This document shows, in pieces, positions 32,287 to 40,026 of a stretch of 64,000 nucleotides of DNA. The stretch covers positions 1-64,000 of the IMG/VR virus record IMGVR_UViG_3300020247_000002. One strand, written 5' to 3'. How positions within the stretch are numbered: the stretch's first letter is position 1; each line of letters opens with the position of its first letter. The position numbers and the translations under genes are program-made. The notes under the pieces are model-generated. The model was not told the DNA's origin. It saw only the letters and a program-made list of their open reading frames with translations, and did not search any database. This DNA is from a virus. Taxonomy: Duplodnaviria; Caudoviricetes.

Positions 32287-32622
32287 ATGACAGCAAGGAA
32301 CATCAACTTAGTTTTAGATCAAGGTGTAGATTTTGAAGCAACCTTCACTGTAAGGAATGAAAATGCTTCTGCTCTAAATCTAACAGGTTATACTGGATCT
32401 GCTCAACTAAGGAAGCACCCTGAGGCATCTAAGTCCACTCCTTTTGTGGTATCTTTTCCCAATAGAGTGAATGGACAGATCAAAGTTGCAATGGCATCCA
32501 CTGTCACTGCTGTAATAGAAGGAGGAAGATATGTGTATGATCTAGTTCTAGAATCGCCCAATGCGTATAAGACTAGACCAATACAAGGAAATCTTCTTGT
32601 AATTCCAGGCGTAACACGATAA
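32287..32622 (+). CDS. Hypothetical virion protein (BppU N-terminal-like Ig fold)
   Basis: NLVLDQGVDF, LNLTGYTGSAQLRK, GRYVYDLVL, IQGNLLVIPGVT. Confidence 0.7.
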   Translation: MTARNINLVLDQGVDFEATFTVRNENASALNLTGYTGSAQLRKHPEASKSTPFVVSFPNRVNGQIKVAMASTVTAVIEGGRYVYDLVLESPNAYKTRPIQGNLLVIPGVTR

Positions 32623-33296
32623 TGGCAGATTACTTAGTCACTCTCAACGAACCTGGCAGTTATAATGTCGGTGTAGACTATGAGATTCCCTCAAAGTCGA
32701 TCCAATATGGTAATATCATTATTGGAAAAACACCAGTGCAAGATGGTACTGAAACTACATTTAACCTAAATGATCAAGGGGCACCATATACTCCTAACAA
32801 TAATCAACAACTTATTGTTACTAAAAATGGTCTTTTCCTAGATCCATCGAATGATTATAATATTTCTGGAGATCAAGTTGTATTTACAACTCCTCCAGCA
32901 GCAAATGATGACATAGTAATCATTGCTCTTGCTGCAGCTGCTGATTTAACACGAACTGTAAACTATGTTATTGACAGCGGCAGTCTTCCAATGCAGCCTG
33001 GTGATAAAGGTAAAGTCACAATAGATGTTACTGGAATCATCGAAAATATCAGAGTCTTATCCGATCAGACTGGTGATATTGTTCTAGAAATAGAAAAATG
33101 CACTTTCGCAAATTATCCGAATTTTACTAGTATTACTGGTGGCGCGAGAGTTCAATTAACCAATTCGGATAAATACTTTGATGATGTCCTAAATAATTGG
33201 ACGACTACTATTGGAGCAGGGGATATTCTCCGTTTCACTGTAGTAAGCGTGAATAATATTAGAAGGTTACTAATCTCTCTAAAATTAAAATTATAA
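32622..33296 (+). CDS. Hypothetical structural protein
   Basis: 224 aa; LIVTKNGLFLDPSNDYNISGDQVVFTTPP beta domain; coupled to the upstream gene. Confidence 0.75.
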   Translation: MADYLVTLNEPGSYNVGVDYEIPSKSIQYGNIIIGKTPVQDGTETTFNLNDQGAPYTPNNNQQLIVTKNGLFLDPSNDYNISGDQVVFTTPPAANDDIVIIALAAAADLTRTVNYVIDSGSLPMQPGDKGKVTIDVTGIIENIRVLSDQTGDIVLEIEKCTFANYPNFTSITGGARVQLTNSDKYFDDVLNNWTTTIGAGDILRFTVVSVNNIRRLLISLKLKL

Positions 33297-33299
33297 ATA
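33292..33299 (+). promoter_or_regulatory. T4 late promoter
   Basis: Exact TATAAATA overlapping the upstream stop codon. Confidence 0.8.
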
Positions 33300-33341
33300 A
33301 GTATAGTTCTTAACGTTCTAAGACCCTAGAGGTAGTTTTCA

Positions 33342-34349
33342 ATGGCATTACTCGTTCCTAATATTGGTGAAATTGAGTCGCTGCGTTATCTGATTGCTCA
33401 GAATAACTTTGTCGCAGATTTAGAAGATACATCACCGCGAAATCTTGTATTAAAACTTTTTACAAGTAACACGACCCCTGCTGAGGGCGATGTTCCGTCT
33501 GCAACTGCGTACTTTGAACCCTACATTGACGGAAACGTTAACGGTTACGGTACTACTGCAAATACTGGTTATCCTGTTTGTGTAAACAACAGAGGAGATC
33601 AGGATTATAACCAGCAGTATGGTATCCTGTTGAACGGATCTAGATGGGTGATCAAGAACGTTGGTAGTGGTACAACTGCTACATATCCAGAACAAACATT
33701 TACTTTCACTGGACCTGCTGGTAACATCTACGGTTACTACGTTACTAGAGCAAATAACATGCCTGTTGCAGTACAGGGTGTTGTTCATGGTGCTGGTGTT
33801 GGTATTGGAACCACTGTTACTAAGGGTAATAACACAGACCCAACTATCGGTGTTGTCGGTAACTCTTACCTCACAATCGACCCACAAGTTAGTATTGACG
33901 ACTTAACATTAGGACAGTTCGTTGCTGGTAACGCTGGTATCGCAACTGGTACTAAGATTATCGGTATTGACAGGGCTTACAGAACGATCTACCTAGACAA
34001 ACCTCTGGTTGATAACATACAGGTTGCAACTGACCCATCAGTTACATTCAGTTTCGGTAAGATTACGTTTGCTAACCACGGACTTAGATCAGGTGATATC
34101 CTCTATGTTAACGCTGGTACTGGTAACACAACTCTTGAGTCTAATGTTTACACCGTATTCGATGTTCCTAATGCAGATGAGTTCGTAACAACTCCTTCAT
34201 TAAGTGCCACATCAAACGGTAACTTAGGATTAAACACTGCGACTCTCTACAGTTCAATTATGTACGCTGAGAGATTCACAAACGGTCCTTACAACATCCA
34301 GAACAACGGAGACCAAATCAAGATTACTCTAAACGTCGCACTCGACTAA
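33342..34349 (+). CDS. Hypothetical virion structural protein
   Basis: 335 aa; GAGG ribosome-binding site; LKLFTSNTTP...YGYYV...YAERF..GPYNIQNNGDQIKIT; flanked by a late promoter and a terminator. Confidence 0.8.
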   Translation: MALLVPNIGEIESLRYLIAQNNFVADLEDTSPRNLVLKLFTSNTTPAEGDVPSATAYFEPYIDGNVNGYGTTANTGYPVCVNNRGDQDYNQQYGILLNGSRWVIKNVGSGTTATYPEQTFTFTGPAGNIYGYYVTRANNMPVAVQGVVHGAGVGIGTTVTKGNNTDPTIGVVGNSYLTIDPQVSIDDLTLGQFVAGNAGIATGTKIIGIDRAYRTIYLDKPLVDNIQVATDPSVTFSFGKITFANHGLRSGDILYVNAGTGNTTLESNVYTVFDVPNADEFVTTPSLSATSNGNLGLNTATLYSSIMYAERFTNGPYNIQNNGDQIKITLNVALD

Positions 34350-34373
34350 TAGAAACACTAAATATCAATATGT

Positions 34374-34410
34374 GGACTCTGCTTTATAATTAAGGCAGGG
34401 TCTTTTTATT
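34374..34410 (+). terminator. Rho-independent terminator
   Basis: GGACTCTGCTTTA-taat-TAAGGCAGGGTCT stem (with G-U pairs) followed by T-rich tail. Confidence 0.7.
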
Positions 34411-34423
34411 TCGGGGGAAACCT

Positions 34424-37400
34424 TTGACAGTATTTGTCTACGACAATACGAAGATAGATCAATTCACTACGTTCCAAGGCGGTGACATTACCGTAGCGTC
34501 AGTGGAGAATATTGACTATGGCGACATAAATCAACATGTAGAACCCGAAAGAGACGAGAATTTTTTCTTTGTAAACGACTGGGGACTTATCACTGCTACA
34601 GCAGATGTACTCCCATTCGGCCCAATAGAAGTAGTAGATGGAAGAGACGAGTTTGGTAGATCTAGAGCTCAGTGGATTCCAGAGAACGCAAATACTGTAC
34701 TGTTTGATATAAATGACTCTGCATTAGAGTCAGCAGTAACACCTTGGGTGGGTACTGGTACAATTCATGAATTTGGTAACGGTCTCGAAAGAGTCGTCAT
34801 ACCAGATCTCGGAGCGGCAGGAGCTGTCATCTTCATCCCATCTGGGACAGCAGAAGAATCTATATCTAGAGGAAATTATATCGGTGCTGGTGCGATTGCC
34901 AAGTCAGGGCTGTCTGCAACCGACCTAGACCAAGTTTATCCGTATAATGGTAGTGGCTCTGTATCCATAACTGGAACTCAACAGACTCCATACAACGAAG
35001 CCTACTTACCAATTATCAAGAACGCCTTTAGGGCGAAGGGTGGAGATACCAGACTATTTGACGTTGAGAAAGTCATATACAACTACGCCAGATCTGAGTC
35101 TGACGTATTCGAGAAAGAAGATAACGGCACAATTACAGTTAGAGAAGGTGCATCCTTCGATAATCTCAATGTCACATTTGACGAGATTATCACAGATCCT
35201 CTTGCGAAGGAGAGATCATTCTCTGACGAAGATCAGGTAGAATTTGAGAGTTACGGAAATATACTTTCTACACCTACATCTGCTGAAGATTACGGTGTAA
35301 TACCACAGAAATTACAAGGCGGAATATTCTTCGACGAATATCAGGCAACCACTGTTGGTGGCGAAGATGCTATCATTAGAGGATATCACGGTTCTGGTAC
35401 ATTCAAGAAAGAGGGTGTTGCAGATGCAGATCGTTTCTTTGCATACTCTGGATCTGGTACAGCAACATTCTCTGGAGAGAACTTCTTCAGTCAGGCACCA
35501 CAAAGTACATTCTTCGGTCTTGAGGGTGAGGTTGCCATATCTGGTAGTGCAGATGAGGCATTTGTCCCTGCAACTGTCGATAATACAGTTCTCTTCGATA
35601 TATCTGGAACTGGTGCTGACAGTAGAGTCCTACTTCCTGATACTAAAAAGGCTCTTGTTAGACTTACTGGTTCTGTATCTGGTATCGCTATCGTTACTGG
35701 TAGTGGAGATAAATCCAATACAGTTCTCTTCAATACTTCTGGTGCGGCAACAGATGTTGTACTTGTCAAGGATTACGAGAATACAAATCTATTCAATTTC
35801 TCTGGAGGGATGCAACAGGGTATACCTGTTTACACTCCTTCTTGGATATCACCTCTTGGAGATCAAAAAACAGAAGAATACGATTGGGGTCTTATCACTG
35901 CTACTCCAACTCAGCAGTCAGAAGATTGGGGACCAATCAATACAAACGACGAGACAATACCGAAGGAAGCAGAGAACTGGGGATTCTTACTTCCAGACTT
36001 CAACTACGTTCAGATCGGTGGTCAGCATTATCCAAACAGAGAACTTACATTCTCTACTGGAGATTCAAGTCTCATTGTACAGACAGATGGAACTACAGAG
36101 ACCGCAACCTTCCTACTTTCAGAAGATCTCGACGTTGCAGCTGCAATCGATTACGAGTCCTCTGGAAAATCTGGTATTGCTACACACAATGCTGGTATAT
36201 TCATATCTGGAGAACTATGGTTATCACAGGCTCCACAACACACAGTATTCGGTGAAGAAGGACAATTCAGTATTCTCGGTACTGGTAATGAGTCTATTAC
36301 ACCATTCATACCAGAAGGATCTGGTTCACTCTTCACTATTGGTGGTGCTGCAGAATCCAGCACCAAGGCATACTTGGTTGGAGATTACCAGTTCATCTCT
36401 GGAGAGGCAAGTGTCAACTTCGCTCCACATATCACTGGTGTTGGTACTGGAACGTTCAGTCAAGGAAGAGAACCTTATCAGACATATGCTCGTAAGATCA
36501 ACATTCCTGATGATGAGTTTGGTGGAACCATTTCTCTTACTGGTAATACCATCTTTGAGAAGAACACAGATTCTTACAACAGGTCTTCCATACTATTCGG
36601 TACAGAAAACGAAGACTATGGACTTATCAGTGTCGAAGATGTTGGTCGTGGATTCTCACTTACAAATGTTGGAATCGGAATTACATCCGTTGAATCTCTC
36701 GATGCTGGAGATATTACCTTTGACAATTCACAATCAACTGGTCTTACATATGACGAGGCAGTTGGTGGTCCTGGCGTTCTTCCAACGTTCGATAAGAACC
36801 AACAATATAATCTCGGATTTGATTCCAATGTTGTTTCTGAGGATCGTGGTATTCTCGGAATCAGTTCTGTTGGTGGTCGTCCTTACACCAGACTATATCC
36901 TTCCGATACTGGATTCGATCAACAGGAAATCAACAAAGGGTACGAAGATTCTGGATTCATCACAGACCCAGCACCAAGGGAATCTCAGTTCCCATTCGGA
37001 AAGATTGTATTCCCAACAATCCCTGCCAAGTTTACTCAGTTCATCCCAAGTTGGATTGGTTCTGGTTCACTTATCGTATCTGGTACTGGAGTCGAGAGAG
37101 TTGCAGTTGCAAGTAGCACAACATCTCTATTCGACTTTGTTAGTGGTGCAGATGAAAGATTCATCGTTGATACTCAAGAAGGAACAGTTCTATTCGATAT
37201 CTCTGGTGATGGTGATACAAGTAGAGCAAGAGACTTTGTTGGATCTGGAAATATTACCCTTCAACAAACTCAAGCGGTTGGGTTTACAACTTACAGAAGG
37301 ATACTCAATCCACCCGCTTCTGGTATTACTACATTCTCTGGAGCAGCCATCGAGGCATCCAGTTTCGATCCTCCAGAAGGAACTTACCTACACATTGTTG

Positions 37401-39079
37401 GTGGCGGATACACAGAACTCAGTGCAACCTTTGCTACTCAATCCGATAAGGCAACCTTACGTCTGGTTGGAGAACTTACACATCCACAAATCGACTTCAC
37501 ACCTCACTATGGTATCGAAAGGAACATTGGTATCGAAACAGGTATGTTCCTCTTGCCTGGTGGTGGAGAGGACAGAGAGACAGGTATTGTTACTACAAGG
37601 TTCTTACCAAGATATCCTGGCTCTGGTATTATCAGTCTCAACGGTAAGGCAATCGGTCGTACTAACGCTCCTATTCTTACTGACGGTACAATCTACATTC
37701 TCGGTATTGGTACTGAGGCCAATGGTGAAATTGGTGAAGATGGAATTGGCGATCTTAACGGTGTTGAGTTTGGTGCAAAAGAAAGATTTGTCCCTGCAAC
37801 CGAATTTGGTGCTGGATCTCTCCTATTCGACTTCCAGACAACTGGAGCAGATGCAAGACCAGTTTCTGTCTTTGGTTACTATGGAGACGACAAAGATCCA
37901 GGCACATCTGGTCAAATCACTATCCGTCAGGAAGGTGGTATTCTCACAATCGAGAAAACCTCTGTCCCAGAAGTCGGCAGTGGTACATTTACTTATCACG
38001 GTGCTGGTCAAGACGAAGCAACATCATCTGTCGAAGTTGGATCTGGTTCTCTGTTCGCAGTTGGTGGTATTGCAGAGGCAACTGCTGCTGCAGAACTTGT
38101 CGCTGGAACTTCTATATTCAATGGAACGGCAGAAGAATCCTTCTCCGCTCAGACTCCAGAAGATACTGCAACAATTACACTATCTGGAGATGCTGGTGCC
38201 TTCCGTCAACGCCAGTTCGAGGGATCTGGAACTCTCACACTCAGCAACGATCAAAAAGTCGTTACTGGTATCATACTTTCTCCAACAGGTTCTGGTTCGC
38301 TATTTGCAGCTGGTGGTGCTGCAGAATCTATTGTTGTACCATCTGCTGCAAGGGCAATCCTTACAGATATTACAGGTGCTGCAGAAACAAGATACTTCCA
38401 AGTATTCCAAGACTTTGTTCCATCTGGTACACTCACACTATCTGGAGAACTTACACATCCAGATATCGATTACACTCCAGCTTACACTGGTGTTGGCATC
38501 GCTACCTTCTCTGGAAGTGCAAGAGAACAAGGATTCTTCAGAGAAATTGGTGTTGGTATCGCTACATTCTCTGGTGCATCAGTTGTCAGATTTACAGCGG
38601 ACGATCTGGAAGGAACAGTCCTCTTCGATCTCAAGGGAGCATCTGCACTTACAGAACTCAATCAAGTTTACGGATACTATGGAGACGACAGAGATCCAGG
38701 CACATCTGGTATCACTACAATCTCTGGTGTTGGTATTACAAAACCAGTACAAGTATTTGGGTACTACGGAGACGACAGAGATCCAGGCACATCTGGAACA
38801 TTTACATTCTCCAATACACCTCTCGTACATCCATTTGTCGATTTCACACCTTCGATTGGTATTGGTGTTGCAGTTCTTTACCAGACAAGTGGAACAGCTG
38901 TCGAATCCTTTACCTTCGCCAACTACAAGACTCAAGGAAGATTCAAAGGCCTTGCAGGAGCTAAGGAATCTCAAGCTCGTGCAACTTACGTTGGAATTGG
39001 TCAAGTTAACACCTTCGGTAATGCTGAAACAGAGTATGCGGTCATCGAAGAAGGTAGAACTTTCGTTGTCATAATCTAA
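34424..39079 (+). CDS. Large acidic repeat-rich putative fibre/structural protein
   Basis: 1551 aa, TTG start after GGGGG; repeats of GSG..T.SG.A.E, [ED][DY][WY]GLI, and GYYGDD[KR]DPGTSG x3; no Cys. Confidence 0.8.
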   Translation: MTVFVYDNTKIDQFTTFQGGDITVASVENIDYGDINQHVEPERDENFFFVNDWGLITATADVLPFGPIEVVDGRDEFGRSRAQWIPENANTVLFDINDSALESAVTPWVGTGTIHEFGNGLERVVIPDLGAAGAVIFIPSGTAEESISRGNYIGAGAIAKSGLSATDLDQVYPYNGSGSVSITGTQQTPYNEAYLPIIKNAFRAKGGDTRLFDVEKVIYNYARSESDVFEKEDNGTITVREGASFDNLNVTFDEIITDPLAKERSFSDEDQVEFESYGNILSTPTSAEDYGVIPQKLQGGIFFDEYQATTVGGEDAIIRGYHGSGTFKKEGVADADRFFAYSGSGTATFSGENFFSQAPQSTFFGLEGEVAISGSADEAFVPATVDNTVLFDISGTGADSRVLLPDTKKALVRLTGSVSGIAIVTGSGDKSNTVLFNTSGAATDVVLVKDYENTNLFNFSGGMQQGIPVYTPSWISPLGDQKTEEYDWGLITATPTQQSEDWGPINTNDETIPKEAENWGFLLPDFNYVQIGGQHYPNRELTFSTGDSSLIVQTDGTTETATFLLSEDLDVAAAIDYESSGKSGIATHNAGIFISGELWLSQAPQHTVFGEEGQFSILGTGNESITPFIPEGSGSLFTIGGAAESSTKAYLVGDYQFISGEASVNFAPHITGVGTGTFSQGREPYQTYARKINIPDDEFGGTISLTGNTIFEKNTDSYNRSSILFGTENEDYGLISVEDVGRGFSLTNVGIGITSVESLDAGDITFDNSQSTGLTYDEAVGGPGVLPTFDKNQQYNLGFDSNVVSEDRGILGISSVGGRPYTRLYPSDTGFDQQEINKGYEDSGFITDPAPRESQFPFGKIVFPTIPAKFTQFIPSWIGSGSLIVSGTGVERVAVASSTTSLFDFVSGADERFIVDTQEGTVLFDISGDGDTSRARDFVGSGNITLQQTQAVGFTTYRRILNPPASGITTFSGAAIEASSFDPPEGTYLHIVGGGYTELSATFATQSDKATLRLVGELTHPQIDFTPHYGIERNIGIETGMFLLPGGGEDRETGIVTTRFLPRYPGSGIISLNGKAIGRTNAPILTDGTIYILGIGTEANGEIGEDGIGDLNGVEFGAKERFVPATEFGAGSLLFDFQTTGADARPVSVFGYYGDDKDPGTSGQITIRQEGGILTIEKTSVPEVGSGTFTYHGAGQDEATSSVEVGSGSLFAVGGIAEATAAAELVAGTSIFNGTAEESFSAQTPEDTATITLSGDAGAFRQRQFEGSGTLTLSNDQKVVTGIILSPTGSGSLFAAGGAAESIVVPSAARAILTDITGAAETRYFQVFQDFVPSGTLTLSGELTHPDIDYTPAYTGVGIATFSGSAREQGFFREIGVGIATFSGASVVRFTADDLEGTVLFDLKGASALTELNQVYGYYGDDRDPGTSGITTISGVGITKPVQVFGYYGDDRDPGTSGTFTFSNTPLVHPFVDFTPSIGIGVAVLYQTSGTAVESFTFANYKTQGRFKGLAGAKESQARATYVGIGQVNTFGNAETEYAVIEEGRTFVVII
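35355..39074 (+). CDS. Candidate overlapping gene in the +1 frame of the 1551-aa gene
   Basis: Frame is stop-free from 35301 to TAA 39072-39074; possible starts TTG 35355 or ATG 35367 (GGTGG upstream); main-frame NTA codons here are always followed by a pyrimidine. Confidence 0.5.
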   Translation: MVAKMLSLEDITVLVHSRKRVLQMQIVSLHTLDLVQQHSLERTSSVRHHKVHSSVLRVRLPYLVVQMRHLSLQLSIIQFSSIYLELVLTVESYFLILKRLLLDLLVLYLVSLSLLVVEINPIQFSSILLVRQQMLYLSRITRIQIYSISLEGCNRVYLFTLLLGYHLLEIKKQKNTIGVLSLLLQLSSQKIGDQSIQTTRQYRRKQRTGDSYFQTSTTFRSVVSIIQTENLHSLLEIQVSLYRQMELQRPQPSYFQKISTLQLQSITSPLENLVLLHTMLVYSYLENYGYHRLHNTQYSVKKDNSVFSVLVMSLLHHSYQKDLVHSSLLVVLQNPAPRHTWLEITSSSLERQVSTSLHISLVLVLERSVKEENLIRHMLVRSTFLMMSLVEPFLLLVIPSLRRTQILTTGLPYYSVQKTKTMDLSVSKMLVVDSHLQMLESELHPLNLSMLEILPLTIHNQLVLHMTRQLVVLAFFQRSIRTNNIISDLIPMLFLRIVVFSESVLLVVVLTPDYILPILDSINRKSTKGTKILDSSQTQHQGNLSSHSERLYSQQSLPSLLSSSQVGLVLVHLSYLVLESRELQLQVAQHLYSTLLVVQMKDSSLILKKEQFYSISLVMVIQVEQETLLDLEILPFNKLKRLGLQLTEGYSIHPLLVLLHSLEQPSRHPVSILQKELTYTLLVADTQNSVQPLLLNPIRQPYVWLENLHIHKSTSHLTMVSKGTLVSKQVCSSCLVVERTERQVLLLQGSYQDILALVLSVSTVRQSVVLTLLFLLTVQSTFSVLVLRPMVKLVKMELAILTVLSLVQKKDLSLQPNLVLDLSYSTSRQLEQMQDQFLSLVTMETTKIQAHLVKSLSVRKVVFSQSRKPLSQKSAVVHLLITVLVKTKQHHLSKLDLVLCSQLVVLQRQLLLQNLSLELLYSMERQKNPSPLRLQKILQQLHYLEMLVPSVNASSRDLELSHSATIKKSLLVSYFLQQVLVRYLQLVVLQNLLLYHLLQGQSLQILQVLQKQDTSKYSKTLFHLVHSHYLENLHIQISITLQLTLVLASLPSLEVQENKDSSEKLVLVSLHSLVHQLSDLQRTIWKEQSSSISREHLHLQNSIKFTDTMETTEIQAHLVSLQSLVLVLQNQYKYLGTTETTEIQAHLEHLHSPIHLSYIHLSISHLRLVLVLQFFTRQVEQLSNPLPSPTTRLKEDSKALQELRNLKLVQLTLELVKLTPSVMLKQSMRSSKKVELSLS
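37877..38797 (+). repeat. Three near-identical 36-bp direct repeats
   Basis: tactayggagacgacaragatccaggcacatctggw at 37877-37912, 38675-38710 and 38762-38797. Confidence 0.9.
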
Positions 39080-39083
39080 ATCC

Positions 39084-39091
39084 TATAAATA
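39084..39091 (+). promoter_or_regulatory. T4 late promoter
   Basis: Exact TATAAATA in the intergenic gap. Confidence 0.85.
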
Positions 39092-39124
39092 AATGGAGAA
39101 GCATAACTATTGGACATCTGATTC

Positions 39125-39583
39125 ATGACCAAGCAGGTTCAATTTAGAAAAGGAACGACAGCTGAACACTTTAACTTTACTGGAGCTCTGGCAGAGATAA
39201 CAGTAGATACTGACAAGAATACCGCTGTTGTACACGATGGGTCTACCCCAGGCGGATTTGAGCTTGCAAGGGCAAGATGGACGTTTGTATCTGGAAATTA
39301 TCCATTAAGTACAAACCAAAAATACACTGTTGATTCGCAGAATAGTCCCTCTGGATTCGATCTCGCCATGCCAATCCCTCGTGCGGTTGGTGACTGGGTA
39401 TGGATCGAAGATTTTGCTAATTTCTTTAGCATACATCCTATTAACGTTACATCACAATACAGTTTTGAAAACGGACATTTAGTTAGAGAATCTTCACCTT
39501 TTATCATGGACGTTTCGGGTGCGTCAGTGACTTTTATTTGGAATGGTTCCCTTTGGAAAGTATTCAACAATAGGGCAAGTTAA
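39125..39583 (+). CDS. Fibre-associated protein with Mtd N-terminal-like domain
   Basis: QVQFRKGTTAEH..FTGALAEITVDTDKNTAVVHDG.TPGG; its C-terminal domain resembles the C-terminus of 40027..44466. Confidence 0.7.
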   Translation: MTKQVQFRKGTTAEHFNFTGALAEITVDTDKNTAVVHDGSTPGGFELARARWTFVSGNYPLSTNQKYTVDSQNSPSGFDLAMPIPRAVGDWVWIEDFANFFSIHPINVTSQYSFENGHLVRESSPFIMDVSGASVTFIWNGSLWKVFNNRAS

Positions 39584-39585
39584 CA

Positions 39586-39990
39586 ATGGCACTTACGCTA
39601 AGTAATTCTATTTCTGGACAGTTTGACCCCTCCGAATCGTCGGGTTTTTTCGTGTATGCACTCAGAAGAGATGCAGAAGGCATGTTGCTGTTCTCCAAAG
39701 TTAGTGCGGCTTCAACAGAATTAGGAGAATTCTATCGTAACGATGGAACTGCTATACCAGAATTCGGTGATGGTTTAGATTATGGTACTTACGATGTTGG
39801 TGTTGGTAAAACATCAATCATTCGTAGTGATATCGCTACTGAAAAAAAATTCGTAGATGATCCGAATGATAAATACCAACAGATTCGCTTTGATCGAAGA
39901 AACTTATACTATTACATAGACGATGATGGCTTTTTCGTTATAAGATTTAATGGTCCTGACTATGCTTATAACAGCATCGGACCTAAGTAA
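39586..39990 (+). CDS. Hypothetical virion-associated protein
   Basis: 134 aa; YALRRDAEGML and YQQIRFD.RNLYYYIDDDGFFV; in an operon with the fibre genes. Confidence 0.75.
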   Translation: MALTLSNSISGQFDPSESSGFFVYALRRDAEGMLLFSKVSAASTELGEFYRNDGTAIPEFGDGLDYGTYDVGVGKTSIIRSDIATEKKFVDDPNDKYQQIRFDRRNLYYYIDDDGFFVIRFNGPDYAYNSIGPK

Positions 39991-40026
39991 AAATCCCAAA
40001 CCCTCAGATAATTACACGGAGAAAAA

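Noticed and set aside
35842-36255. 137-aa ORF in the third frame of the 1551-aa gene
   Set aside because: Its length is within the background range and that frame has frequent stops elsewhere.
37877-38797. 36-bp repeats as a CRISPR array
   Set aside because: Spacing is irregular (798 and 87 nt), the repeats are in-frame coding sequence, and there are no cas genes.
34424-39079. Stop-codon recoding or an assembly frameshift as the cause of the long +1 ORF
   Set aside because: Both frames are open simultaneously under the standard code. TAA, TGA and TAG (55961-55963) all end genes in the window.
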